This document shows, piece by piece, positions 34,834-48,566 of a stretch of DNA of 64,000 bases. The translations under genes were made by a program, and so were the position numbers. Every line of letters starts with the position of its first letter. Position 1 is the first letter of the stretch. This DNA comes from Amphiscolops sp. MND2022 (lineage: Eukaryota). The stretch lies in contig OZ076421.1 in assembly GCA_964187785.1 (NCBI GenBank), forward strand, positions 52,452,001-52,516,000, read 5' to 3'. Below the pieces are notes generated by a model, which was not told where the DNA came from, did not search any database, and was given only the letters and a program-made list of their open reading frames with translations.

Positions 34834-37011
34834 TCAGTCTTTCGGTTCCACTTTTGTTTCGGTTTGATTCCCTGAAGATGAAACCGGATGACTATTGCCA
34901 CACAGAAGATTGTACTTCTGGTTTTTCAATTGATTAACAAATTGTTCGAGCTCATCGATAGCGAAAGTCAGACTTCGATTGCTTTCCGTCGAATATTCCC
35001 AATGCACTGCCGTCATCATCAGCTGTAAGGGATACTCAATAATCATTCCGATTCTACTGATGGTTTCTTTTGTATCGCACTGACTTTTTCCCTTTAGTTT
35101 GGACAGAACTTCAATGCTTTCGTCCGCTAATTCTCTGGCAGTTTGAGAAATAGTAGCTTTCATCGAAGTTTTTCATTTCGTAGTCAGAAATCAGAGTTTC
35201 CAATTCGGAAAACTTCGCATGGAAGCCTTGTGGCATCTTATTAGAAGAATCGTTAATTTCAGGTCTGAACCTATTTGAGCTTTTTATTCCTGATTTATCT
35301 TCTGCATTTAACTGGGCCACTATTTTTTTAAAGGATTCATTGCTAGAGTATGCTTTCAGCTCGCGAATAATTCCATCGATTCCATCAAAACATGACAGGT
35401 CTTCTAAAATCCCTTCGGCGGCATTGATTGAGTATTTCAGAGCCCTCAAAAGACATGACTCCCAGTGAACATTGGGTATCCAATATGAGCAATTACTTTC
35501 TTTGATTACGCAAAGGATATTTTCCCTGTATATTTCTGAAACACGAGCTGTTAATTTTCCAAAATGATTCCTTTCCATGTTGACAGTTTTCCAATTACTG
35601 CGGCCAATGTTAAACTCGATGTTGCCAGAAAGCAATTTGATTGTGCAATCAAAGAAAACCAGAGCCAAGGCTGTGAAACCTTTCCTCAGTATCTCATTTG
35701 CCTTCCATTCCCATTTTTCCCAGTTCGGCGATTCCTGGGGAGGAATTTCACATTTGCGAAAATTGAGCCAATAATCTTGAAATGCGATGTTGGCACGGAT
35801 TCCGGAAAATCGTCTCAGAATGTTTTTGCGCAACTGGACCTGAAACTTAACCTCCTGAACATTTCCACAAAATTCTCTCAGGCTGAAGCATTTTCCATTT
35901 TGTTGAGTGTATTTCAAACAACACCAGTAAGATGGGGCTTTAAAGAAGTATTGCCAAATGCAAGAGAAACTATCATTGATGAAAACAACCTGTTTAACGC
36001 CAAATTCTTTCAACTTCTCAAAATCTGACTCCAGGTAAACGTCATCAACTTGTAGAAAGTAGCGGCCATCGGGGCCTTTATAAAGTGATACACCTGCAAC
36101 TTGCGGAATATTTTGCGCCAAACTGTTTGGATCGACTCTCTCATAATTTGAAGACGGTTTGATGAAAGACAGAAGTTGTCCCACGAAAAGCACGGTTGGT
36201 TGATCTGTGTTTCCAGGAACTTGGCCAACAACGTTTGATAACGTTCTCCGGAAAAATTTAACCAACTTTTTTTGGTACCAGTTTTCATAATTCGCAACTT
36301 CGAAATCTTTCACTATGATTGTCAATTGAACAGTCGCTCTGGTAATTGCACTGAAGAAATGATCGTCTTCGAAATTCAAAACGTTTTGTTTCAAATCCAA
36401 TAGGACAATTACTTTTGTGAATTCACACCCTTCAATTGACAGCGGGTGACTAAACAAAATATGAGGAATGTCCCTTTCATTGGAAAGTGATGACTTTTCC
36501 GTGTTTTTGAATTTGGTTCTTAGTAGTGGATCAACATAAATGGAAAACTTGGACTGAAGTTTCGTGAGAATGTGTCTGAGAAACTTTTTTGTCACAAACG
36601 GAACCACGAGACAATCGTTGTGCTGGCTATTGCCGAGTTCTATCAACACCTGGAGACATTTCTCGGAAAACTCCGTTTCTCCAGGACTTTCGCTGAATTG
36701 GGATCCATCAGCGAATCTAACGTCTACTGGTTCCCCTAGAAACGTCTGGGATGGTAAACTGATGAACACGTCTTTCAATTGCTGATCTTGATAGCTGTTG
36801 GCAAAAAAGGTCAGCTGCGATGTTGCTCGAAGGCATGTTTTCAGATGAATGTGTTTGAAGGTCGCGTTCATGTATCGTTTTTTCTCAGACGTGAACAACA
36901 CACAATGTTGGCTGGGATTTAAGTTCTCCAGTATCCTTTCGTGACAGGAATCTTTCGCTTCGTCGCAAAGCAATAGTTTTATTCCTTTTACCTCTTGGTG
37001 AAAGGTTTCCT
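34834..37011 (-). CDS. 3' exon of a NERD-like nuclease + SF1 (Schlafen/DUF2075-like) helicase gene
   Basis: Acceptor ttctttgcctgtgtttcag at 37012. Motifs: Walker B LLLCDEA, HLKTCLRATSQL, SIEGCEFTKVIVL and AITRAT. A +1 frameshift in the A5 run at 35169-35173 links ORF 35111-36973 to ORF 34834-35163. Confidence 0.75.
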
Positions 37012-37667
37012 CTGAAACACAGGCAAAGAATAGCAGTTCAATTTTAAGCTCTAGAGTGTTAAGATATTATCGGATTTCCGGATTGCATCACTTACCTTGA
37101 AACTAGATCAAATTCTTCGAGTACAGTCGAGATAATGAAAGTTGCGTAGAAATCGGGTACATTTTGTTTCTGATGAAAGATTACAAGCTGGAATTTTTAC
37201 TAATGATATCTTGACATTGATTTAAAAAACGCATTTTAACAAAAAAATGTTATCATTGTTCGTCTTTGCTAACTATTTCTCAATACAAATATTCAACTCA
37301 TTTCTTTCCGAACTAACGAAAAAATTGTTATTAGTGATAGTGGAGACATATCAGATTTTTGGTCGGTACTCCGACCCAGAAAGTTTTGTTCTTCGGTTCA
37401 GTGGATTTGGAAGTGACAGAAATGGCAGTGGTTGGAGCCGCCCACTTGTCTCGTTAGTTCAGTTTTGACTGCCCACTTTTTTCTGATGGCGGGTTTGGTA
37501 TTGTTGTGTTCCGTTATTTCTTCGGTAGCGCAATTTGGTTTTGCTACATTATGAGACCAACTCTAGTAGCTTTTGTGTCAAATAGCTGTTTTTGTGTTCG
37601 TTGAAATCTTCCGGGAGTCACTCGTGATGTTTGTGTTAGAGGCTAACCAAAGTTGAAAAAGAAACTG

Positions 37668-38040
37668 TGGGGAAGCATATCGTAGTGGTTAGAGCATTCG
37701 GCCTGTGGTGGGGCAGTATCCGGTTCCAATCTCTCTCAACTCGCCATTGTTGGTCCTTAAGCAAGTCCTTCATCCCTAGCTTAGTGGTATGGTCATTGAC
37801 AAAAAATAACGCGGCGGAGAAAAACAAAACAAAAAAACAGTGAGCAGTCAGACCTTTGTGACCTTGAGCAAGACCACAGCTCCAAGTCCACCATTACTTG
37901 ACCACTTGGCTGCAAATATGGTACCATAGCTTGCTATGGGGAGATAGTATCCGAAAGGGCGCCGACTTTGAAAAGCAGAACTGCTTATTCGGCGTCCACC
38001 CCGCGGTAATGGGGAAATTAACTTCTCTCTTCTCTCACTG
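37668..38040 (+). mobile_element. tRNA-derived SINE (tRNA-His-like head, CORE-like motif, CT-rich tail)
   Basis: A box TAGTGGTTAG, anticodon-like CTGTGGT and B-box-like GGTTCCAATC. Body has GTGACCTTGAGCAAG (MIR CORE-like) and the tail is TTCTCTCTTCTCTC. Confidence 0.6.
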
Positions 38041-38439
38041 TGGTTCCTAATTCGGCTAAATGCACTCCTTTTTTCAAACAGTTTAATTGAAACAATTTTG
38101 TTTCAGCGAAAACAACATTATCACACACAATGGTTAACAGTGAATGAATTGATACAACTGACAAGAAAATTTTTGTTGACAAACTTTATCAAACAAATTA
38201 TTCGAGATAGCAACTAATGTGAATATCATTTAAAAATAGATTTTAGTTCAAAATCATCAAATTCAAATTGCAAAGATAGCGCGTATCCTATTTGGCGAAC
38301 ATGTGCCATAATACTTGTTTATTATTTTCCGCCCACATAAATGGGGGAGAAAAATCATGATCTGTGTTGCGTTTGTTCTTCAACCTCTGCCAACTTTATA
38401 AAAGAAGTTGCCTTTTGGCGGTATCAGAACTTGCGGTCA

Positions 38440-38770
38440 TAGTTAAATACGAAGTATATTGTGTTTTACTATTATACGTATAAAATTGCGTTTTAATAGG
38501 GAGGAAGAAAAAATACGACAATATTGCGCTATTTCCAAAATTTTGACGTCATATCCGAACAATATTGCATTTTACAAAGGAGGCGGCGGAGGCTCGAAAA
38601 AATGCGCACCCATTTGTACCAGCACGCTATAACCGAACTCTTGACGTTAGATCCGAAGTGAATTGTGTTTTACTAAAGAGGAAGCGTAAGTTCGAAAATA
38701 CTGAGCAATAATCAAATTTTGACGTTATATCCCCGAAGTAAATTGCGTTTTGCCAAGGTGGTAAATTTTC
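38440..38770. repeat. degenerate ~80-100-bp tandem repeat
   Basis: TTGACGT(C/T)ATATCCGAA..ATTG(C/T)(G/A)TTTTAC recurs near 38543, 38640 and 38718. Confidence 0.5.
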
Positions 38771-38889
38771 AATTAGGCGTTTCTTCTAAGTAAATTGAAG
38801 GCGGAAAAAATCTCGGTGCAAAAAGGAATGCAAAATCTCGGTGCTACGCAATGTAACGAAACCCTATGGGACAGCGAAATCAACAGATT

Positions 38890-39250
38890 CGGAAATTTTG
38901 ACGGATGTTTAGAAGTTTGGTCAAAACATTCTAATTTGATGTGTGAGGTGGCACTGAGCATGTGATTGATCTTTTCGCTGTTTTCGCCATTTTCAATTCA
39001 ATACGAAGAGAAGAGCAGACCGAGCGAGACCGAGCGGGAACACGGAGAACGAGATAGACTTAGAGCTCTGAAAGTCGGTAAAAACTCGTAGGAAGACACT
39101 TTTTGAGGTGCTAACCCCAGATTTTTAGCATTACGTTACCTTAATTAACGAGAACCGGAAAAGCGAGTCTTTTTGCCTGGAGATCCTGTTTGGTACTTGG
39201 AGCCCATGTGCCCCAGCTTGTAGCTGTGTTATCTGCCACCTGCAACCTTT
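38890..39250 (+). repeat. dispersed ~350-bp repeat, copy 1
   Basis: Aligns with 45420-45760 (shared blocks AGAGCAGACCG, TTTTTGAGGTGC, GAACCGGAAAAG, GAGTCTTTTTGCCT, TGCAACCTTTAG). Confidence 0.7.
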
Positions 39251-40799
39251 AGGATGCAAAATGAATAAATGCAATTGTGGCCAGTACCGAATCTATATCC
39301 ATAATATTGTTTCCTCCGCCTCTTGTTCCGGCAAAATGCTAAGTGTTTGTCGTTACATGTTACATGAGAACTCATTTTTTGATGACCACAGAGGGATCGT
39401 CTCGGGAAGCTTTCCTTCCTGGTTTTGAAACCTCCGGCCCTCTTGTGTTTGAGGCCAAGGCCGATTTGGCTCTGGCAGCAGATGTTCTTCCAGAGTTTTT
39501 CCTTTTTGTAGACGATATGATGTTTTACTTTGGTATTTTTCCATTCTTCCAGGGGACTTTCCCGATTACCTACGGTATGTTTTTGTAGAAAGGTAATTGT
39601 CGTCTGAAATTGCAAAGCTCCCATCAGCGGGAACTCTTTCCAGAGTCGCCGTGGACAGTAGCACGTCGCTACTGGTATTTAGGGGTATTTAGGAGGTTTT
39701 GCCAGCTTTTTTTCTGTGATTTGCGCAGTATACAAAAGGTCAAATTGATGGATGCGCAAAATTCCATCCGACAAATAGCATCTGGCTGTTGTGGATGTTG
39801 AGAAAAAATCAGCAAAGGTACCACCTATCATGCCAGTATTATCGACGTTTTGAAATATGGTATTAAAAAACTTTGGATTACGTATTTGTGGAAAGGGAAT
39901 GGTTTGGTAATGCTAGTTTTCTCTCTTTGTATCTCAGTGTGTGCATTTGCAGCTGTTTTCAGTGAGAAAAGTTCAATTTTCAGACCAAAAAAAAGGCGTC
40001 ATTTTTGGCGTTTTTATTGGTACGAGGTAGAGCGCTTTAGGTATTAGCCATTGCAGTTCCATACATAGATGGAAAGCAGCCTAAATTTTCCAGGGTCCTG
40101 CTTCATAAAGTAAAAGATTATCAGAAAAGTCGTTGGAGTCCTTTTTCAGTTGCATTTTCAATGAATATACCAGGTTGCAAAAATTAGCAAAAAACCTCCA
40201 TGAAATGCTTCTGAAAAAGAGCCGGATTGTGATTTGCCATTTCCTTGCTACTATTAGTTTGGGGCCACACTCCATAGTAACAGAGAGTTTAAGATAGTTT
40301 GTAACGTCATCTTAGTGATAGCAGGTCAAAAAATTTTCATTTTTCTCCAGTTTCAGGAGTGCAAGAGCACACAATTAACAACTCTAGGACAGTCTGTGTT
40401 TTCGTGACTTGGAATCCTGTGCATTCCCATTTTGTGTTTTTGTAGTAAAAAACAACGTGCAGGAGTGAAAACCGCATGTGAAACTTCTTTTTCAGTGCTG
40501 AGAAAAGTGGAATACCGCACTGAAAAGCACAATTTTTGGCTGAAACCGAAGTGTCTGGATATCAGTGCTGGGTCATTGATTCGATAACCCTACCTTGAAA
40601 GTGGTTGCATATTCGCAACCACCACCAAAACAAACGTTAGTGCCGAAACTTTAGTTCACCAAGGTCGAGAAAATTTTTGACCTCGGTAAGCTGAAATAAT
40701 CCAAAACTGCAGGACTGACGGTGCCTCTTACCTAACGGACACAGCTAATTAGGGGTTGATTTCAGTGGTACAGCTAGTGGAGCAACGCGTTGACCTTAT

Positions 40800-41350
40800 A
40801 TTGCCTGTTTTAACGTTCCTTGAAAAGACCCTCATTGCCAATTTGTGAAAAAAGAATCACCGTTACTACGGTAAGAGTATCTGTACCTGGTCGAATCCTC
40901 AAATAAGCCTTAGAGCTTCTATCGGACCATTGGAATGGCTTTGCGTGTGTCCACAGGCAACGCCTACTAAGTTTGGTGATGAATGGTACAGTACTCATAA
41001 AAAAATTGACGGAAACAGACTGCACAAAAACGACTTTTTGAAGTTATTGGGAATTGCCTGAACACTTTAGTCAAAGAGTGGGGCCAAAGTACTGCCCACC
41101 AATGTAATTTGTGCTAATTGCTGTATCGTTGCTGAAAAAAGACCTTGCTAGCTCTTCGCAGTGGACCGAGATCTTTGTTGACACGTGAAATAAAGTGCAT
41201 AGTCGAACACGGTGATACTAAACGTCTGTATTTTGTTGAGATTTCCATAAGTCATCCCAGCCCAAATCGGCGCTTCTTCCCATGTACAGCATGATACGTG
41301 GAATTCTTTGACTGAGTTTGAGGCTGACCATACGATTCTAGCGTGCGCAC
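40800..41350 (-). mobile_element. decayed Gypsy RT/connection fragment
   Basis: SVNFF..VPFITKL..LW..KPFQWSD..SKAYLRIR resembles the Gypsy RT thumb/linker consensus. Confidence 0.45.
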
Positions 41351-42499
41351 TAGCTATTTGCGTTTTTCATTCAATTGAATTTGGAAAACGTGAAAAATAC
41401 AAAAAAGTCTGTACGTTGCAGCTCGTTGAGACCCTTGGAACCAACTTCGTCACTTCTCGGACTTGCATAATCATTGTTTCAGTTTAAGTTTTCACCGAAG
41501 CGAAAACTGGGAAAGTGCGTAAAAAGCCTGATATACGTGTTAGGAACCTGCGTAACCCCCCAAGTGTGAACTCATAGTCGTGAACCCATTGCTGTACGTG
41601 TAGATTGTGGTCAGTATCGAGTGTACTGCCTCAGTCCATCAAAGTATTTTTTTTACATTTAGTTGTGATCTCTTGTGTATTGTAACGAGTTGGACCAACG
41701 TTTGTAGTGGCACCTCATTGGAGAGTTGGTACTACAATGCTTTGGAGTATATTTATCCGTGTCAGTTGGTACCTCGTTGCTGGAAAGGTGAACTTCTCTG
41801 CACAGTGGACGAGATATTTTGATTGCACGTGAAAAATCGTGTTTCCTTAGACACGGTGGTCTCGGCATCAAGTTGTGATGGTTACAATGTTCCTAGATAA
41901 ACTTGGGATCGTGTGACTACTTGTGAGCCCGATCCAACGTTTCAGGGTTAGTAAGATCATTTTGAGTGTTTTTCGAGTTTGCAAATCCAAAAATTGGTGA
42001 AAACGACACGATCTTGTAGCTCGAGGCACATATCAACTCCGGGAGGAAACTGGTGACTGACAAAACGTGTTGTATAGTTTCCTGCCCAGTACTAATGATA
42101 AAACATATTTTGTTTGTGCGCAGACACGCACTTGGACGAAAAACCCCGCAAAAACTATCAGAAAAACGAATAACATAAAACCGAAATACTTTTGCTGTTC
42201 AGAAGCCAGAGACAAAAAGCTTTCACTTTCAAACCGAACGGAGCTGGTATTCAGTCCTTCCTGGGTGCAAACAAAGTAAATCATTCAGTTCAAAAAAATA
42301 CCCGCAGGGGTAATTAATTTTGACTCCACTGGTAGTTTAATCTTTGATCCTGATAAAGCCCCAATGGGAGCCTTTAAGTGCCTACTACGCACTTCGGACT
42401 TTTTTTCAAAGATGACATACACCTCTAGGCTTTTCGTTTTGAGCCTCAACAGGGAATTGAATATCAGAAGACCACCATGAGGGAACCTACTTAATCAAA

Positions 42500-44450
42500 T
42501 ATTTTAAGAGGAGCAATCTCCTAGCGACAAAAATTCGACCGGATTGCCCGAGTGCAAAACTTTTTTGGCTGCTTTTTCGTTCCAATTTGGTGTTATTCGG
42601 CAGCGTCAAGTAGTATACGCACCTGTTATCACCTCCGTTTTGCAGCGAGCTGCTTTGGATAATTGCAACAAACACAAATCCGTTGATGTTGAGAGGTCAA
42701 TGGACGTCTCGACTGTTTGTCTGGTGCACACTATCACTACTGCTGCAGCAATTTGCTTGAGAGCAACACTCTCCATGCCAACGAGTATCGTGAAAAGTGT
42801 AGAGCGATTTTCAGCACTCTGTACCCGCTAGGAAGTGATCTGACATGGACCCTGGAACTAAATTTGCGTGCAAAAAGAATCCCAGTGAAGCAGTTTAAAT
42901 CTATATGAAGCTGAAAGGAAACGTTGGAAGTTCCTCGACAGTCCCTTTCCTTTTTCGAGGGAGGAAGCCAGTGCAGCTCAAGCAATCGATGGATAAGGGT
43001 TGAAAGCAGATAATTACTCCCAAAAGGTAGATGAACAAAGCCGATCAATGAAGTTAGAGGATCTGAATGTGGAAGAGGTCTTTGGTGGATAATTTCAAAG
43101 TTATCTCCGATTTTCTAGACCCATCGCCATTTAACTCGAGAGTTACTGAACAAAAGAGGAACATAAGGGATTCCAGTCCTAGTTCAGTACCGTCGTCGAT
43201 AATTTTCTCTCTCCATAGAGCTAGTTTTCAGGTTTATCAGGCACATGACCAAGCCTCAGAGACCCTGGAGCAGCAGATGGACGAGATACCAGTCTTGTTG
43301 GCAAAAAGCCGGCTACGCCGAAAGAAATTGCTAGCGCGAGCGCTAGCGCATTTTCAGTCAAAAAATGCAGCTGTGCAATGATCAGTACACTTCAGAAGTG
43401 CCACTATCATTTTTCCAAGGCAGAACAAATGACAACGTCTAGGAAAGACATAGGGGTGATCCCATCATTTTGGACACGACAATCATCAATCAAATGCATT
43501 GCAAATATATGGCCTGTTCATTATGCTGGTGAAAACGGTCCGCTCGAGAGCTACTGCTGCACAAGTGATACAAAGAATGAACTGGTATTAAACAGTCCTT
43601 CCACTTTTTTTATCAAAGACTGGAGAGCTGGAAACCTTAGTTCCGAATTCTTGCTCTGCAGTACATCGCGGAACGCGGAGTCTACCTGACTACCGCTGAA
43701 ACACCATCTACCAACCTCCTTGAAGACCACCTATCGATATTACCGATGGGTCCGGTTTGCAACCCTTCCTTGTGACCAAGTCCCTATTATCAACTTCGCA
43801 GTTGCTGTCGAAAGGATTGAAAGATTCTATTGAGCCACGTTCTGCTAAACGTGGTCTGCAGGATGCCATTTTGGTAGACCCAACAATCTTTATAACATGG
43901 TTTCCTGGTGGTTCAGCTAAATCTCAACCAGCTGAACATAGACGTGGTCCACCCCAGTCGTCGGCACTTTATGTGATTGAACATGGCAAAAAGTGCTCCT
44001 TTGTTTTTTTGATGGATGCATCCAGTCACGGAAACATTTCTTCTTCTAATGTAGCTAGGACCCAGTCTCCGTAGTCGTCAACATTAGACTCCTTATAATT
44101 CATGCTTCATACACGTACTTCTGGCAGCACGCGTTGCTGTCGGATGACACGTATCTTTTAAAAACCATAGGCGACTTCTCTTCAAAGGTGGAAAGGGTTG
44201 TCAACGCTCATTTTATCGTCTTTCATATTTTGTTGGTCATTGCAATCTTCATATCGAGGAGGGTGTACAATGACTAACGCTGGAGGAGTCAAGTAAGGCC
44301 CATGGAGCACCAGTTGAGAATAAAACACCCCTTTACTCCCCAATTCTTCTGGACACCTCCCGGAGGGTATCACTACGTTTCGTAATGGACACTTGGCCGC
44401 GTGATGGTCCTATTCAAGCAGTTGTTTCTGCAACTTGATTTCTAGAAACT
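42500..44450 (+). mobile_element. highly decayed BEL/Pao pol fragment
   Basis: LLAKSRL (BEL RNase H AKSRVAP motif) near 43295 and W-VHYAGEN (W.HV..NPAD-like) near 43510, plus integrase-like remnants to ~44400. Confidence 0.5.
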
Positions 44451-45419
44451 TCAATAGTAGTCTTGTAAAAATTGTCACATGTTTGTTTCTCGGTTTCTTC
44501 GAGAATTCTTCATTAGAATACTTCTATTAGTGCAAAAATTACCCCGAAATCGCCACATATGTCGCATCGCCGAAAGGTGCTTTTTTGTTTTTCGTGAGTA
44601 TCCCGAAGTTTCTATAGGCTTCAACGTGATACCCGAATACTCGAAAATTGCGGATCTCGCGCAGTTCCAATTTTTCGTATTGCAAGATTTCGTCTAACTT
44701 TGCCTACTTTACTCCAGTGCAAACTATCACGAGCAGTCCATAGTTTCCTTTTGATGTGCTTCTCAACAGATGCTTCGGAACTCTATACAGGTATGGAGCT
44801 GCACATTGGTGTTGTCCAAATCATGCCGAACTGTCACTGTGAACTAAAGGTATCAGAGAGCTGCAGGTGTACCTTTCAAGCGCTGGTTTTTCGCTGAAAA
44901 AAATTTTACCGAAAAACTTTCAATTTTGCCGCTTACTGAAAATTTGGTGCCGTGGAAAAGAAAAGTTTGATTCGAACTGCGTGCGCCGCGGAGGTCAAGA
45001 GCTCCGTAAAAGACATTTCAAACGTCCACAAACACAGTACTAGCAAGATCCTGTTCAAATTTGGCGCAGAAAGCTCGTGCTAACAAATTGGTGCACTCAG
45101 ATTGAGGTATAGAACTTTGGATTTGAACAATTCTAGGGTGCATTTTCGGGGTAATTGGTTTTCTTTCTCGAGAGGTACTCGAGAGCTCGTTTTAACAGTT
45201 GGTGGACGATACAGGCTCTTTAGATGACAAGAGGCAAGACCTATATGTGGCTCAATCAGCGAAAGATGACAGTGCCACTATATCCCCGCAACATCAGATG
45301 ATTGGACTCCTAGTTGATTGCAAAGTCGACGTAGAGATGTTTTCAATGCCCTCTTTTCCACATGACGAAGACCCGGGGAATGATGTCACGGAAACCTCGG
45401 ATACGGCAGAACCAGGGGT

Positions 45420-45760
45420 TTTGAAATTTTGACATGTTCAGAAGTTTGGTCGTAAATTCTAATTCGACGTGTGACGCGGCATTGATTGTTTGATTATTCT
45501 TCTCACTGTTATCGCCATTTTCAATGCAAAACGAAGATGAGAGCAGACCGGGAAAGACCAAGCGGGAAAATGGAGAACGAGACCGTAAAAACTCCTAGAT
45601 AGACTCTTTTTGAGGTGCAAACCCCAGTGTTCAGCAATATGCTACCTTAAGTGACCAGAACCGGAAAAGTGAGTCTTTTTGCCTAAAGATCAAGTTTGGG
45701 ACTCGGAGCCCCTGCGCCCCTGCTTGTAGCAGTGTGATCTGCCAACTGCAACCTTTAGTA
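45420..45760 (+). repeat. dispersed ~350-bp repeat, copy 2
   Basis: Aligns with 38890-39250. Confidence 0.7.
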
Positions 45761-48566
45761 TCTACAGAGCGAACGACAGCGTCTTTACCGTAGTTCAATT
45801 TAACCACACGTGCAAGTGGGTAATGTCCTCGTGGACTTGTAGGCTGCATGTCCCACACAATGCTTCCGGTCTTAAGATTTGGCTGGGTTGACTACTTTGA
45901 ACGGCAATTGGGCGACTGAACGTAACCTCTTAGTCAACGGTCTCAAATTGCATTGCGAAGCGCTTCTTGTGGTATAGGTAGCCTATTTGATGTGATGGCA
46001 TTATGGAACCCGAAGTTCCCGACAGAAAGTGGTTTGGAGTCAAGACGTCCAAATCCGTAGCGTCGGATCAAACGGGTACCAGCGGATGAGTCTTGAGGCT
46101 CTGCTATACCAGATAGAAGCTAGTGGTTAGTATCTCGTCGGATTGCTTAGAAGACCGGTTTGAAGCTGTTGAGAGTTTCCGCTCGACGTTTACTGCAATT
46201 GATACATTTGGAAACGATTGAGCTGAGGGCACCGAGGGTTCTAGGCTTGATGATGGCGAACTGTTGCTGCATCAATGCCCTCAAGTAGTCATAACCCTGA
46301 TGGCCCAATGGAAAGTGAAAAAATTTAGAAGAGTTGCTACCGGGTACTTCTAAAGCACATCGCTTTGACGGCAAATGACTCCTTTTAGACGAATTGGAAA
46401 TACGTCATTCAAGCAATTGTCATTTTTATGGTATCAGACATTGAGCCACAATTGGAACGAAAAGCTTCGTTTTCTGGCAGCAGGCGCGAAAAATGATCCG
46501 TACTTCCGCCACTCGAAAGATTTTGCGCTCCGAAGTGGGTGTCTGACTTTTTCGTTTTCAATTTGATCTCAATTGCTTTTGTGGGTTGAAGGGCCAGTCA
46601 AATGTTCGCAAGAAAGAAGGACAAGTAAGCCAATGGCTGTTACGGAGTTAATTGGCTGAGAGGCAACGCGTTTCTGCAGCAGCGGTGCTGTCACTTGAGT
46701 TGACATAGTTCTATTCATCCACTGCAGTTAGTTCGAGGATTTCGGCACCACGGTGGGAGACAAACACAGATTACTTTTCAATGAAAGGACCCACTGAAGG
46801 ACCGTCGCACTGTCCGTCCGTATGAAATGTTGTCAATTCTTACCGTTAAAGCACTTCTGATATCTTTTTGGAGTCGTCCGGGGAGCAACAAGTCTTGTAT
46901 TTCTAGCTTCGGGATTGTAAGGGCTTTTATGAGTGCCACTCAGGATTTCCTGATGACGAATGCTAACTCTGAGGTGTATCCAGTCCTGGTGGTAACTTTT
47001 CTCGAAGAAAAGCCTTGGCGCTGATGACATCATGAGAGCTGTCCAAAAAGGAAAAATCCAAGAAGGCAACTTTCTTTTCGAAGTAGCTCCGTGGGATTTG
47101 GAAATCGCTCAATACTGGTGGTTATTTGCTCCATTCTTTGAACTTGGTTCCAATTTCGTCAGTCATGTTGTCACCCCATTGTTGATCGCTTAATCTTTTC
47201 AACAAGAATCTTGCTTGGGCAGTGTACGGAGCGAAGGGTCCAATTGGACCGCAAACAGTTGAGACTAAGCTCAATACCACTTGCTGAGTAACAGTTTTGT
47301 TCGCATCAGTTCTGCAAAATACCACGAGGGTACCAGAAGCATGCTTCCAATTAGATCCCAGTACATGCAAAGACAGGTCCGCTTCGGAATCCCTTCTCAT
47401 TGACGGTGCTGGTTTACCACTATGTTAATTTTGGAAAGAAGCTTGGGCAAAATGAAGCCACTTTTTGCCAGTAGTGTGACAAGTCCTTTGCTTCTTTACT
47501 GGACTCTCCGACTGTAGGTCGTCTCGGCTCCAAGTAGTCGTTCATGTGAAAGTTGCGATGAACGCTTTTCGTTGATTCAGGGCTAGTGTCTTGGTTGTTG
47601 CTCCCATTGCGGTTCAGCGCGTAGTTGGCACATTATGGCGAGTCCTTGAATCCAAAGATGTGTCAATTACACCGGTTCACAGCTATTGCTGAAGCTGCGT
47701 CTTCCAGCCACAAAAAAGGAAGTGAAGTTGATAATTTGATACGACTCCTTCTAGAAGAAACATACCTTCCATTTCGGCAGAGACTGCGTATGTGTTTTCA
47801 AACGTATGATCGTAGGGATCAGTATGTGTATCAAACTTTCGTAGCAATTCCGGTCCGGTTGAAAATGGTTTATCAAAGATGGACCCTGGAACTTCATTTA
47901 TCACTCTCCGAATCTTGCTGGGCTTGTGCTGGAAACCTACGGGATGGTGCGGCAGGTACCACTCTCGGGGTATGTCCACTTTGAACTGGTTACGTTCGTC
48001 AAGTTTTGTGAGGTACCCTTTGTCAAATCAATGTCATGGTTTGTATTGGCATAAAGTTGAGTCAATTCGTTATCTTTGTCAAAGTGACGCTCTAAGGATT
48101 CAAGCTGCACCAGCGTGTAAGCGTAGGTATTTGGCAAATCGGTAGCGAGAATCTATGTGCTTGTACTCTCCGGAGCGCCGGAGCAATAATATTCCAGCTT
48201 TGTAACAGTTACAATAAGTAACAGCTTTGAAACAAGTTGAATATCAGCTTGAGGACGAGGGGACTGGTCCAATCAAAAACCAACCCACAAGTAAACGACG
48301 GCAAATGGCGCATTTTGGTGGTTGGGATCAAAAAACTCCAAGGGGCGTATACACATCATTTCATCAGCGTAGCTGTACTTTTACAAAGAGGTTGGCTGCA
48401 ATTGTGGGTACATTGTTTTCAGAAGTTCTATATCTATGGTGTTAGTTCTAACTCTATGGTCTTCTTATGGCTTTACAGCAAATGGAGTTCAAGAACCACA
48501 CGAATGAACAGGCGTCAACTTGAGCTCCACCATTTGCGTGTCGAAGACTTGGTCGGTGTTCGAGTA
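45760..48566 (-). mobile_element. decayed BEL/Pao element, pol part (RT, RNase H, integrase)
   Basis: WYLPHHPV..KPSKIRRV..GPELL (RT); VLSLVSTV.GPIGP (Pao-type); HFPLGHQG..CINC (IN zinc domain); HYPLARVVKLNYGKDAVVRSV (IN C-terminus). Confidence 0.85.

Noticed and set aside
37668-37745. Functional tRNA-His gene
   Set aside because: Acceptor stem and T-arm are not intact, and it continues into a SINE-like body and tail.
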